Assembly: GCA_051859245.1 (NCBI GenBank)
Contig: JBHYGA010000001.1
Coordinates: 672,001 to 736,000, forward strand
Direction: 5' to 3'
Source of the DNA: Gemmatimonadaceae bacterium
GTDB taxonomy: Bacteria; Gemmatimonadota; Gemmatimonadetes; Gemmatimonadales; Gemmatimonadaceae
DNA length: 64,000 nucleotides
Shown here: one piece after another, positions 20,532 to 29,839 of the stretch
Layout: every line of letters starts with the position of its first letter
Position numbering within the stretch: the first letter of the stretch is position 1
Notes under the pieces: model-generated
Told to the model about the DNA's origin: nothing
What the model saw: only the letters and a program-made list of their open reading frames with translations
The model's database searches: none
Position numbers and translations under genes: made by a program

Positions 20532-21065
20532 ATGTCCAACTTGTGGCACGACATTCCGCCCGGCCCGCACGTTCCTGAGCAGGTCACGGCCGTGATCGAA
20601 ATCCCGTCGGGTAGCCGGAACAAGTATGAACTCGACAAGATCACGGGGCTGCTCAAGCTCGATCGCGTGTTGTATTCCGCGGTGCAGTATCCGGGTGACT
20701 ACGGCTTCATTCCCGGCACGCTCGCCGAAGACGGTGACCCACTTGACGTGCTGGTGCTGATTAACGAACCCACGTTCCCGGGGTGCCTGATCACGGTACG
20801 TCCGGTTGGCGTACTGATGATGAAAGACAAAGGCGACCCCGACGAAAAAATCCTCGCCGTGCCGAGCGAGGATCCGTATCACCAGGAATACTTCGATATT
20901 GCCGACTTGCCGCAGCACTATCTGAAAGAAGTGGAGCACTTCTTCAGTGTGTATAAGGATCTCGAGGGCAAGCGCGTGGAGATCGATGGCTGGCGGCAGA
21001 GTACGGTGGCCATGGCGACGATCGAGGACTGCATCAAGCGGTATGATGAGAAATATCCGCGCTGA
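20532..21065 (+). CDS. ppa: Family I inorganic pyrophosphatase
   Basis: EIP.GSRNKYE, YPGDYGFIPGTLAEDGDPLD, FFSVYKDLEGK. Confidence 0.96.
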   Translation: MSNLWHDIPPGPHVPEQVTAVIEIPSGSRNKYELDKITGLLKLDRVLYSAVQYPGDYGFIPGTLAEDGDPLDVLVLINEPTFPGCLITVRPVGVLMMKDKGDPDEKILAVPSEDPYHQEYFDIADLPQHYLKEVEHFFSVYKDLEGKRVEIDGWRQSTVAMATIEDCIKRYDEKYPR

Positions 21066-21084
21066 TTGGTGTGACCGCGAGTTT

Positions 21085-21245
21085 GTAAACTGCCTGGAAC
21101 GCAGAGGCGCAGAGGCGCGGAGACAGCATGTTGATTAAAGGTAGAGTCAAAGCGTCTACAAATTGATTAACGTGAATCTTGAGACGTCATTGAAATCATG
21201 GTGCAGTCTCCGCGCCTCTGCGCCTCTGCGTTCCAGGCTGTTTAC
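21085..21245. repeat. 40-bp inverted repeat pair with an 81-bp AT-rich spacer (REP/REPIN-like)
   Basis: GTAAACTGCCTGGAACGCAGAGGCGCAGAGGCGCGGAGAC (21085-21124) versus its reverse complement at 21206-21245, one mismatch. Confidence 0.9.
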
Positions 21246-21272
21246 GATATCGCCACCGCACGAATCTCTTGG

Positions 21273-22514
21273 CTACGCGCGCCGCAACACCAGACTCGCG
21301 TTAATCCCACCAAACCCAAACGAGTTACTCAGCACCACATCGGGCGTCGCATCCCGCCCGCGCTGCGGCACATAGTCGAGATCGCACGCGGCATCCGGCG
21401 TCTCGAGATTCAACGTGGGCGGTATCCACTTTCGGTCAAGCGCCAGCGCACTGATCGCCGCCTCGATCGCACCGGACGCACCGAGTGCGTGCCCGTAGTA
21501 CCCCTTGGTGCTCGACACCGGAATACGCATGGCCTGCGCGCCGAGCGCGCGCTTGATCGCCAGCGTTTCCGTGGGATCATTGAGCGGTGTCGCGCTGCCG
21601 TGCGCGTTCACATAACTCACATCGTTCGGCGAAACATCCGCGTCGGCCAACGCGAGCGTAATGCACCGCGCCGCCTGCGTCCCATCGGGAAGCGGCGCCG
21701 TCATGTGGTGTGCGTCGTTTGTGGTGCCGTACCCCGCGAGCTCCGCGTAAATGTGTGCACCGCGCGCCACCGCATGATCCCACTCTTCAAGCACAAGCAC
21801 CGACGCGCCTTCACCCATGACGAAGCCGTCGCGATCTGTATCGAACGGACGTGACGCGCGTTCCGGTTCATCGTTGCGTGTGCTCATGGCACGAATCAGC
21901 GCGAACGCACCAAAACACAGTGTGGCCAGTGGAGCCTCCGCGCCGCCCGCGAGCATGACGTCTACCTCGCCATCACGTACGCGTCGAAACGCTTCACCAA
22001 TGGCGATCGTACCAGACGCGCAGCTCATGGCGTTGGTGGAGTTTGGCCCCGTAATGCCAAACTCAATCGCAATGTTGCAGCTCGATGCGCCGCCAAACAC
22101 GGCCAATGCGAGTGTTGCGTCAACGGCACGCAAACCGCCTTGCATGAATCGACCCGCTTGCTCTTCGGCGTATCCCACGCCGCCGAGTGCAGTGCCCATC
22201 ATCGTGCCAACACGATCGCGGTCGACGTGGTCTAGCTCGAGCTGCGCGTCTTTCAGCGCGAGCATTGCCGACACCACGCTGAAGGCACCAAATCGATCCA
22301 GTCGCTTGACGCGTTTTTCGTCGAGATAGTGCGTCGCGTCAAACTCAACCGATGCATTACAGCGACTGCGAAAGATCGACGCGTCAAAACGCGTGATCGC
22401 CGTGACCGCGCTGCGTTCCGCGCGCAGTCCTTCCCACAGGGCATCCACTCCCGTGCCGATGGGCGTAACACAACCAATGCCAGTGATCGCCACGCGTCGA
22501 CGCACGCGACTCAT
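21273..22514 (-). CDS. Beta-ketoacyl-ACP synthase II-like ketosynthase
   Basis: RRVAITGIG, SCASG (catalytic Cys), NAHGSAT, KGYYGHALGASG, NSFGFGG. Confidence 0.92.
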   Translation of the reverse strand: MSRVRRRVAITGIGCVTPIGTGVDALWEGLRAERSAVTAITRFDASIFRSRCNASVEFDATHYLDEKRVKRLDRFGAFSVVSAMLALKDAQLELDHVDRDRVGTMMGTALGGVGYAEEQAGRFMQGGLRAVDATLALAVFGGASSCNIAIEFGITGPNSTNAMSCASGTIAIGEAFRRVRDGEVDVMLAGGAEAPLATLCFGAFALIRAMSTRNDEPERASRPFDTDRDGFVMGEGASVLVLEEWDHAVARGAHIYAELAGYGTTNDAHHMTAPLPDGTQAARCITLALADADVSPNDVSYVNAHGSATPLNDPTETLAIKRALGAQAMRIPVSSTKGYYGHALGASGAIEAAISALALDRKWIPPTLNLETPDAACDLDYVPQRGRDATPDVVLSNSFGFGGINASLVLRRA

Positions 22515-23155
22515 GTGGACGATCCGTCGCGATGCGAAGCTGTTTCGCGTGACGTCACACGTGTTGCGTCAACCGGCGCGACAACCCGCGCGTCGCGCGT
22601 GGTCACAGCGCGCGTCTCACCGCGCTCAGCGGCCTTGGCCAATCCCGCCAGAGTGCGCGACGCAATGCCGTGCACAAACACCGGCCCAATCACTGCAGTG
22701 GCCGCAAACGGCCCGATCAATGGCCAGTGCGGACCATCCCACGTATGCAAAATGCGCACGTGCGTGCCCTCGGCGACTGCCTTGAACTCCCAGGCCACAT
22801 CCATGCGCGTCGTGACGCCGCCAATGTGACGAAAGCGAATGAGCGGTGTGTCGTGATCCACCGACATTTCAGACAACCACCACGTGGGCCAACCCACCGG
22901 GCCAAACGGGCGATTCGCGCTCATCTCCACGATGCCACCGCCGTCACTCGCGTGCTCGCGAAACCGAACGAATCGATAGTGCGGCAAGTACGCGGGCCAG
23001 TGCTCAACCTTTCGAGCGATCTCAAAGATCTGCGCGACCGGCGCACGAACAATGCGTTCGTCGATGGTGATCAGGCGCCGAGCCATCGGCACGGGGCCAA
23101 GGTCGAACGGTGTGCGCATGGATTGGGCGGACGAAGCGTGAGCGTGCGATTGCAT
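22511..23155 (-). CDS. SRPBCC/polyketide cyclase-dehydrase family protein (start 23155 or 23119)
   Basis: APVAQIFEIARKVEHWPAYLPHY, W.SEM.VD, FRHIGG..MDVAWEF. Confidence 0.8.
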   Translation of the reverse strand: MQSHAHASSAQSMRTPFDLGPVPMARRLITIDERIVRAPVAQIFEIARKVEHWPAYLPHYRFVRFREHASDGGGIVEMSANRPFGPVGWPTWWLSEMSVDHDTPLIRFRHIGGVTTRMDVAWEFKAVAEGTHVRILHTWDGPHWPLIGPFAATAVIGPVFVHGIASRTLAGLAKAAERGETRAVTTRDARVVAPVDATRVTSRETASHRDGSST

Positions 23156-23160
23156 GAATG

Positions 23161-23856
23161 TTAGCGCGGGGACCAACTGGCGGTGACGCGCCAACCAAGG
23201 CGATGTCGTACGGTGGCCGAACGCTGCACCGCCTGCTGCACAATGGTGCGCAGCTCGGAGGCGGTGTACCCGCGAAAGATGGACACGATCCCGTCGTGTC
23301 GGCTCACGGGATGAAAGCCCAGCGGAAACGACACCAGCCACAACAGCCCCGCGGCCAGCCAACTGCGGCGAAGATCACTGACAATCACCGCACTTCCCGC
23401 AACACGCGTGAGCTCCGTGAGCAGCGCATCTGCGTCGGAGTGTTCAAAATGATGCAGCACCTGCGAACAGGTCACGATATCAATGCTGCCCGAGGCAAAA
23501 GGCAGGGCTCGTGCATCGGCCGTGAGTGCGCGATCCGCCCCCTGTCGTGCCGCGGAAGCGAGCGCGGCGGTGAGCTCCACGCCAATCGTGACCATGGTGA
23601 CACCACGTTTGCGCGCAAACGCTCGCGCAGCGCGCGGAATATCACCGAGGCCGGTGCCAACATCGAGCAATATGAGCGGGCGCTGTTCGCGCTGCGCACG
23701 TTCGACAAGCGGTGCCAGCGTAGCGATCACCGCACGTACGCCACCAAACAGCAGATTGGCTCGCGCCACATCGCGCAATGATCGCGTGGCAAGGGCCGGA
23801 TCGAGCGCGGGATCGTCGAGCAACTCCACGCCGCGACGACGCGCTGGAGTCAGCAT
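23161..23856 (-). CDS. SAM-dependent methyltransferase
   Basis: ELLDDP N-terminus, LLDVGTGLGD, DIVTCSQVLHHF, SDLRRS, RHDGIVSI.RGYT. Confidence 0.88.
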   Translation of the reverse strand: MLTPARRRGVELLDDPALDPALATRSLRDVARANLLFGGVRAVIATLAPLVERAQREQRPLILLDVGTGLGDIPRAARAFARKRGVTMVTIGVELTAALASAARQGADRALTADARALPFASGSIDIVTCSQVLHHFEHSDADALLTELTRVAGSAVIVSDLRRSWLAAGLLWLVSFPLGFHPVSRHDGIVSIFRGYTASELRTIVQQAVQRSATVRHRLGWRVTASWSPR

Positions 23857-23876
23857 GCGCGCGCCGCGATCACGAA

Positions 23877-24380
23877 CTAGCGCGCGAGCCGAGCGTACGC
23901 GCCTCGGAAATACAACAATGGATCGCCGTCTTCATAGCGTACCGATTGTACCGCGCCCACCACAATGCGATGATCGCCGCCTTCGTGTATTGCGGTAATA
24001 CGGCATTCCAGCAACGCGAGCACACCCTCGAGCTGAATCAGGCCGTTCTCGCCGCGTGTGAATGCGGCTTCGGTAAATCGACCGGCGCGATCGGTGGCGA
24101 ATCGGCGCGACACGGCTTCCTGATCGTCGCGCAAAATGTGCACGTTGAAGTCGGTGGCCTGCGGCAGCACGCTGTGCCACGTGGCCGATTGATCGATGCA
24201 CACCAGCACGAGCGGTGGATCAAGGCTGAGCGAGCTGAACGCGCTCACGGTCATGCCGTAGTCACGCCCTTCGGTGTCACGTGAGGTCACCACGGTGACG
24301 CCCGACGCAAATCGGCTGAGCGTGGAACGGAACTGTGCGGCGTCAACGAGCGCGTTGACGGGAGTCATTGCAGGAGTCAT
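23877..24380 (-). CDS. Flavin reductase family protein
   Basis: FR..LSRFASGVTVVT, GMTVSAFSSLSLDPPLVLVCI, GGDHRIVVG, PLLYFRG. Confidence 0.92.
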   Translation of the reverse strand: MTPAMTPVNALVDAAQFRSTLSRFASGVTVVTSRDTEGRDYGMTVSAFSSLSLDPPLVLVCIDQSATWHSVLPQATDFNVHILRDDQEAVSRRFATDRAGRFTEAAFTRGENGLIQLEGVLALLECRITAIHEGGDHRIVVGAVQSVRYEDGDPLLYFRGAYARLAR

Positions 24381-25615
24381 GTACGGACAGGAGGAACGAG
24401 CATGCGCCACAGTACACCTGGGCGCAACACTTCACGGGCCGGCACAAAGTCGCCGGTTACACCAATGAGCAGATCAGCGAGTTCAGTGCGGCGCGACATT
24501 ACACGCGCCGCGTGATTCATGAGCCGCGGAAATGACACCGCAAGGCCGATCAGCTGCTCAACACGCCACTTTCCCGAGAACGCACGCACACGCGCTTGCT
24601 GATACGCGCGCAGTGCATGCAGGGACGCCCGCGCGCTGGTCGCACGCACGGCGTCAGCAGCGAACGGCGCCAGCATTTCTCCGCCGCGCAGCGCTGAATA
24701 AATGCCTTCACCTGTGAACGGATCAAAAAAGTCCGCGGCGTCGCCAACGAGCGCAGCGTCTGGTGCATACGCGCGCCGTGCGTGCGAGCCAAACGGTCCG
24801 GTTGCACGCACCGGTGATACACGCGTGGCGCCCTCAAAGCGCGACGCGAGGTGCGGATACTGCGCGATCCATCGCTGCACAAACGCGTCGGGATCGCCGT
24901 TCATGTTGCGCGCCTGCGACGCCGGTACCACCAACGCCACATTCGTCAGACCGTGACCAACGTCGGCCAAGCCCACGTACCCGTCGTGCTGCACGTGCAT
25001 TTCGCCGCGCGATCCGATGTTGCGCAAACCGGACCAGTGCGCCACCAGCGCCAAACGACGTGGCCACGCTCGCCGACGTGCCAAACCGAGGTCGCGTGCG
25101 ACCACCGATCGCAGTCCGTCGGCACCGATCAACAGCGCGGTGCGAATCGTGTGCAGCGAATCGTTTTGCCGAACGACCACATCGTATCCACGATCACGTC
25201 GTGTGATTCGCTCCACGCGCGCGCTTTCGTGAACACTCGTTCCCGCGGCGCGCGCGCGATTGAGCAGCAGTTCATCAAGGACTTCGCGGCGCAGCGCCAA
25301 CCCACGATCCCGAAAGCCGCGAAAACCGTGCTCGGCCACAAACGCACCTTCAATTTCAAATCCGTTCGGCGCGCGCACGACCATGCCAGTGAGTTGCGCC
25401 GCGCCCGCGGCTTCGACGAGCTGCAGCGCACCCATGGCTTCGAGCACGCGCGACGCTTCTGGACTCAGGTATTCCGCGCACGGTTTGGCGCGCGGAAAGG
25501 TGGCGCGATCCAGCACGGTCACATCGATCCCCGCCGAGGACAGGAAATGCGCCGTTGACGACCCCGCGGGGCCGCCTCCAACGATCAAGACCTGCGTGGT
25601 GTTCGGCAGCGACAT
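24377..25615 (-). CDS. FAD-dependent oxidoreductase (geranylgeranyl reductase/monooxygenase-like)
   Basis: VLIVGGGPAGS, FPRAKPCAE, IGADGLRS, VGDAA.FFDPFTGEGI. Confidence 0.9.
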   Translation of the reverse strand: MSLPNTTQVLIVGGGPAGSSTAHFLSSAGIDVTVLDRATFPRAKPCAEYLSPEASRVLEAMGALQLVEAAGAAQLTGMVVRAPNGFEIEGAFVAEHGFRGFRDRGLALRREVLDELLLNRARAAGTSVHESARVERITRRDRGYDVVVRQNDSLHTIRTALLIGADGLRSVVARDLGLARRRAWPRRLALVAHWSGLRNIGSRGEMHVQHDGYVGLADVGHGLTNVALVVPASQARNMNGDPDAFVQRWIAQYPHLASRFEGATRVSPVRATGPFGSHARRAYAPDAALVGDAADFFDPFTGEGIYSALRGGEMLAPFAADAVRATSARASLHALRAYQQARVRAFSGKWRVEQLIGLAVSFPRLMNHAARVMSRRTELADLLIGVTGDFVPAREVLRPGVLWRMLVPPVRT

Positions 25616-25788
25616 CAGGATTCGCGTTCGGGGAAATCGTCAATCGGCGCGCTCAGCGTCGCATACCTGATACCCCGGAAGCGACAACCATTGCCCATTC
25701 ATGGCTAAGGAGGAGTCTCGCGCGCGGGTTCCCAGGCCGCAACTGTGCTCGTGCGGCCATACCCCCCTTCGCATGTCAATCGAACGAG

Positions 25789-26592
25789 CTATAACGTGAG
25801 TCCGAGCGCCAGCAATGCGCCGGCGAATGTTGCGGCCAGATTGACAAGATCATTGTCAATCGCGGAGCGACCGCCCACGAGCCTGGTTGATGTGCCGCAG
25901 AGATGCACGTGTTGCTCGGTGCCGGCGTGGCACACGTCGCACCACCGTCGCTCTTGCCACCACGCGCCAATGAGCGAGTCCACGATCGCGCCGCCCACGC
26001 CGCCGGCAAGTACGGCTGGTACCGCGTGTTCTGGGATTAGGCCGAGCCCAAAGGCGAGCAGCGCGTACGCGAGTGCGCCCACTACCATGGCCAGCGATCC
26101 CCACACGCTGATCGCGCCCGACGTCCCTGCGGGCACCCACTGACCAGTGCGCAGCGACCACGCCTCCGCCTTGCGCCAGGTGCCAAACTCCGTGGCCCAT
26201 GTGTCGGCGCCAGCGGCGGCTAACGCCCCCGCCGCAGCGATTGCCAGCGCGATCGCCGCGCTCGGTTCAACGGCAAGGATCGCCACGAGCGCGCAGCCGG
26301 CGAAGACCAGACCATTCGCCAGCACCTGTCGTGCGTCACGAGCACCGGGTTTGGCAACCACGCCGAGCACGTGTCGTTCTTTCCGACCACGGCCAACGCG
26401 CGACAGCAGCGACGCGGACACAAACCACGCAATGAGAAATGCGCCCCAGTCGGGGCCTGCGGCAACCGCTGCGATGCCAACACAGAGTGCCGCGAGGGCA
26501 CCGGATGCGGTCAGGGATCCCGCTCGCCAGGCAAGGGCACTGATCACCCCTGCAATGCTTGTCGCCGCCGCGAGTGTGATCAGCGTCGGCAT
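25789..26592 (-). CDS. DUF92 (TMEM19-like) membrane protein
   Basis: SLTASGA, RDARQVLANG, ADTWATEFG, VPAGTSGAIS, DSLIGA, DNDLVN. Confidence 0.9.
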   Translation of the reverse strand: MPTLITLAAATSIAGVISALAWRAGSLTASGALAALCVGIAAVAAGPDWGAFLIAWFVSASLLSRVGRGRKERHVLGVVAKPGARDARQVLANGLVFAGCALVAILAVEPSAAIALAIAAAGALAAAGADTWATEFGTWRKAEAWSLRTGQWVPAGTSGAISVWGSLAMVVGALAYALLAFGLGLIPEHAVPAVLAGGVGGAIVDSLIGAWWQERRWCDVCHAGTEQHVHLCGTSTRLVGGRSAIDNDLVNLAATFAGALLALGLTL

Positions 26593-26610
26593 AAACAACG
26601 AAAGCCGCGC

Positions 26611-26904
26611 TTAGTCGTGACTGTGGTCGTGCTCCGCGAACAACTGCGCGACACGCAGCCGCAGGCGACGCGAGGCCATGACCGACAACTGAGAATGTCT
26701 GATGGTTTCAATCAGGCGGCGGAGCGACTGTTCGGCTCGGCGGCAATCGGCGCATTCCACAAGGTGGAGCCGAACGCGCGATGTTTCTGCTTCGGTTGAC
26801 TCGCCATCGACATACGCATCCAGACAATCGAGAACCGCGAGGCACTCCGGGGATACAGCCTCGGATGCTGCGTGTCGTTCGGTTTGAATGGAAAGCGATG
26901 CCAT
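26611..26904 (-). CDS. Zinc-finger (zf-HC2/ZAS) anti-sigma factor-like protein
   Basis: C...LDAYVDGE...HLVECADC (HxxxCxxC). Confidence 0.8.
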   Translation of the reverse strand: MASLSIQTERHAASEAVSPECLAVLDCLDAYVDGESTEAETSRVRLHLVECADCRRAEQSLRRLIETIRHSQLSVMASRRLRLRVAQLFAEHDHSHD

Positions 26905-27120
26905 ATCTTCAATCCTTTGGCGGGCCGCGGATGCACGCATCAGCCGTTCGACGGGGATTCGACGGCCAGCGCAATGCAATGTCTCAACATAACGAACGGC
27001 ACCCGCCGAGAAAGGTTCCACGCCGGTGGGCGATGCGGCGCGGGCGCTCGCTACGGAGACGTGCCGTTCCGTGATGGGCACTGCCTGTTCCACCCCCGCT
27101 CGCGTCACTACTTTGCTGTG

Positions 27121-27804
27121 GTGACCCACACGTTTCCCGACCTGACACAGCGCTTCACGCCGCCCCTCGGCGTCACCGTACTTTCACTCAGCGGACCGCC
27201 CGTACACGCGGTCGTGCCGCTGTCGCTGCTTGAAGCGGTGCGCGCGCTTGATCTGCCGGCCGCAGATCTCGACACCGAACTGGTGCACGAGCTGCGCAAT
27301 AAGCGCTTCGGGTTGAGCGACACGGTGTACATGCAGATCAAGCGGTACGCTGAAGCGGTCAAGCGACAGCAGCCCGTCGCGTTCGATGAAGTCGTCGCAC
27401 TCGCCCGTCTCGTTGGACGGCGACCCGATGCGGACATTGTGTTTCGCGAGACCGGTCGACGTGTTGCGCGTACCGCACTCGACACGGTCGCCTCGACCAC
27501 GCGTCGTGCTGCCCGCTCGCTGCCAGGGGCGATTGCGCGCCCAATCGCTCTGCGGCATTTGCGCGCGCTGTCGCGACGCTTTCTGGCGGGATCCATTGAG
27601 CGCCAAGGGAGTACGTTGGTGCTGAATGTGGTCGCGCCCATCAGCGCTGACGCCGCCGCCAACGGTGGTGGGTGCGGCTACTACGAAGCAGCGTTTCGTG
27701 AACTGCTGCTCGGACTCACTGGCGTTGATCACGCCATTCAAGTGGTCGCGTGCCGTTCGCGTGGCGACGCATCCTGCCAATGGCGCACTGACTGGAGACG
27801 ATAG
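27121..27804 (+). CDS. Hypothetical protein with V4R-like C-terminal domain (start inferred)
   Basis: GCGYYEAAF...ACRSRGDASCQW is the V4R Cys pattern; GTG at 27121 follows TACTTT-N6. Confidence 0.65.
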   Translation: MTHTFPDLTQRFTPPLGVTVLSLSGPPVHAVVPLSLLEAVRALDLPAADLDTELVHELRNKRFGLSDTVYMQIKRYAEAVKRQQPVAFDEVVALARLVGRRPDADIVFRETGRRVARTALDTVASTTRRAARSLPGAIARPIALRHLRALSRRFLAGSIERQGSTLVLNVVAPISADAAANGGGCGYYEAAFRELLLGLTGVDHAIQVVACRSRGDASCQWRTDWRR

Positions 27805-28982
27805 TGCTGACACCCGCCATGCTGCCCGCGTTGCAGCGACACATTGCGGCGCTCGATGTTGATGGCTGGTTGCTGTATGACTTTCGTGGCACGAATGCGA
27901 TTGCGTCGGGACTGCTCGGATTCTCGGGACTGGTCTCGCGTCGCGTGTTTGCGTGGATTCCGCGAGAGGGCACGCCAATCGGTATCCAGCACGCGATCGA
28001 ACCGGGACCGTGGTCACAGTGGCCATCCGAGTGGCCACTCCGCGTGTACAGCGGCTGGCGTGAGCTCGAGTCGAATGTTGCCGCGCTGGTGACCAATCGC
28101 CGCGTCGCCATGGAGTATTCGGCTGGCGACGCCATTCCGTATCTTGATCGCATTCCGGCTGGTGTGATCGAAATGGTGCGCGCGACGGGCGCCACCGTGG
28201 TCAGCTCCGGCGAGTTGGTGAGTCGTGTCTACGCCACGTGGTCGCCGGAGAATCGCGCATCGCACGAGCGAGCCGCCGAGCACATTCGTCGCATTGCGCT
28301 GAGCGCGTTTACGATCGCGGGTGAGCGCGCGCGGACAAACAACCCTGCCAGTGAGCATGAGCTGCAGGCGTACATTCTGTCGGAGTTCGCGTCAGCTGGT
28401 TTGTTTACCGATCACGGTCCCGATGTGGCCGCTTCTGAGAACGCCGCCAACCCGCACTATGAGCCGAGCGCTGATCGCCCGCGCATGATTCGCGAGGGCG
28501 ATACGCTGCTTATTGATCTGTGGGCGCACGAAGCGGGTGGTGTGTATGCCGATCAAACGTGGATGGCTTCGATCGGTGCGCCGCGCGCAAAGGTGACTGC
28601 GGTGTGGGAAGCGATCCGCGATGCGCGTGATGCGGCACTGGCGCTGTTGCATGATCGACTGGCTCGCGGTGTGCCGGTGCGTGGCGCGGAGGCCGATGAC
28701 GCGGCGCGCGCGGTCATCACGGAGCGCGGGTTCGGACCGTATTTCACGCACCGCACCGGACATTCCATTGACGCACGCGAGCTGCACGGCTCCGGTCCGC
28801 AGATTGACAATCTCGAGTCGCGCGACGAACGGCTGCTGATTCCCGGTGTTGGATTTTCAATTGAACCGGGCGTGTACATTCCGGGCGAGTTCGGAATGCG
28901 CACGGAAGTGAACGCGTTGGTGACGGAAGATGGGATGCTGGTCACGCCAGGCGAGATCCAGCACGAGCTCATCGTGCTGTAG
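27804..28982 (+). CDS. M24 family (Xaa-Pro) metallopeptidase
   Basis: ANPHYEP, LLIDLWA, YADQTW, HRTGHSI, FSIEPGVY, GMRTE. Confidence 0.9.
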   Translation: MLTPAMLPALQRHIAALDVDGWLLYDFRGTNAIASGLLGFSGLVSRRVFAWIPREGTPIGIQHAIEPGPWSQWPSEWPLRVYSGWRELESNVAALVTNRRVAMEYSAGDAIPYLDRIPAGVIEMVRATGATVVSSGELVSRVYATWSPENRASHERAAEHIRRIALSAFTIAGERARTNNPASEHELQAYILSEFASAGLFTDHGPDVAASENAANPHYEPSADRPRMIREGDTLLIDLWAHEAGGVYADQTWMASIGAPRAKVTAVWEAIRDARDAALALLHDRLARGVPVRGAEADDAARAVITERGFGPYFTHRTGHSIDARELHGSGPQIDNLESRDERLLIPGVGFSIEPGVYIPGEFGMRTEVNALVTEDGMLVTPGEIQHELIVL

Positions 28983-29839
28983 TGCTGGCGTCTCAGCGCA
29001 TCGCAGGTGCTCGCACTGCATGGGTCGCAGCGGTATGCCTGTTGTCCGTCCTGGCCTGTGGGGAGGAGAATGATGCATCCGCTCCCGATACCCAGCTTGT
29101 GAAAATGTCGGCGCTGGCCGCGAATACATCGCTGGCGCAGCGCGACTACCGTGTAGACTCAGTCGCGTCGCCGGCAGGACAGATCTACGGTACGGTGCAG
29201 TTTGATGGCCGTCTTCCAGCGGACTCGCTGTTGCAGCCGACGCATGATCTGTCCACGTGCAAGCCGGTGGTGCATGCGCCGTTTGTTGGCGACAGCGACG
29301 GACTCGGCGACGCCGTGGTCTGGTTAGCGGGCGTCACCAACGGTGCGGCCGACACGACGTCACGTCGCGTGCCGCTCACCCTGAATGACTGTCAGCTGCA
29401 GCCACGCGTGCAACGAGCGGCCGTAGGTGGCACGCTACTCGTAGGCAGTCGCGACGCGATGAACGCCCGGTTGCGATTTATCTCGGCCGACGACTCCGCG
29501 GTTGTGGACTCCGCTGGCAATCGTGGCGAACCGCTGCCGCGCGAGTTGGTCCCACTGGCTGACGCGGGTGCGGTCGTGCCGATCACATCGGTGCTGGCCG
29601 AGCCCGGGCTTGTTGAAGTGCGCGACGATCATCATCCGTGGGTTCGTGGATGGATCGCGGTGGCGCCGCATCCGTACGTGGCGATTTCCAATGCGCGTGG
29701 CGAGTTCACCTTTGACCGTGTGCCAACTGGCGCGTATGTACTCGTCACCTGGCACGAGCGACTCGGGCGAATTGAACTGCCGGTGTATGTGGAGACGGGC
29801 GTGCAGACGCGTGTGACGGTGCGTTTCCGCGCACCGTGA
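28982..29839 (+). CDS. Lipoprotein with cupredoxin-like and carboxypeptidase-regulatory-like domains
   Basis: Lipobox VLAC; HPWVRGWIAV.PHPY..ISNARGEFTF..VPTGAY.LVTWHERLG. Confidence 0.65.
   Translation: MLASQRIAGARTAWVAAVCLLSVLACGEENDASAPDTQLVKMSALAANTSLAQRDYRVDSVASPAGQIYGTVQFDGRLPADSLLQPTHDLSTCKPVVHAPFVGDSDGLGDAVVWLAGVTNGAADTTSRRVPLTLNDCQLQPRVQRAAVGGTLLVGSRDAMNARLRFISADDSAVVDSAGNRGEPLPRELVPLADAGAVVPITSVLAEPGLVEVRDDHHPWVRGWIAVAPHPYVAISNARGEFTFDRVPTGAYVLVTWHERLGRIELPVYVETGVQTRVTVRFRAP

Noticed and set aside
21273..22514. Ketosynthase as a chain-length factor or inactive KS
   Set aside because: Catalytic Cys (SCASG) and both His motifs are present.
25616..25788. Possible riboswitch or sigma70 promoter before the FAD oxidoreductase (TTGACA at 25779-25774, small hairpin)
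   Set aside because: No properly spaced -10 box and no recognisable riboswitch consensus.
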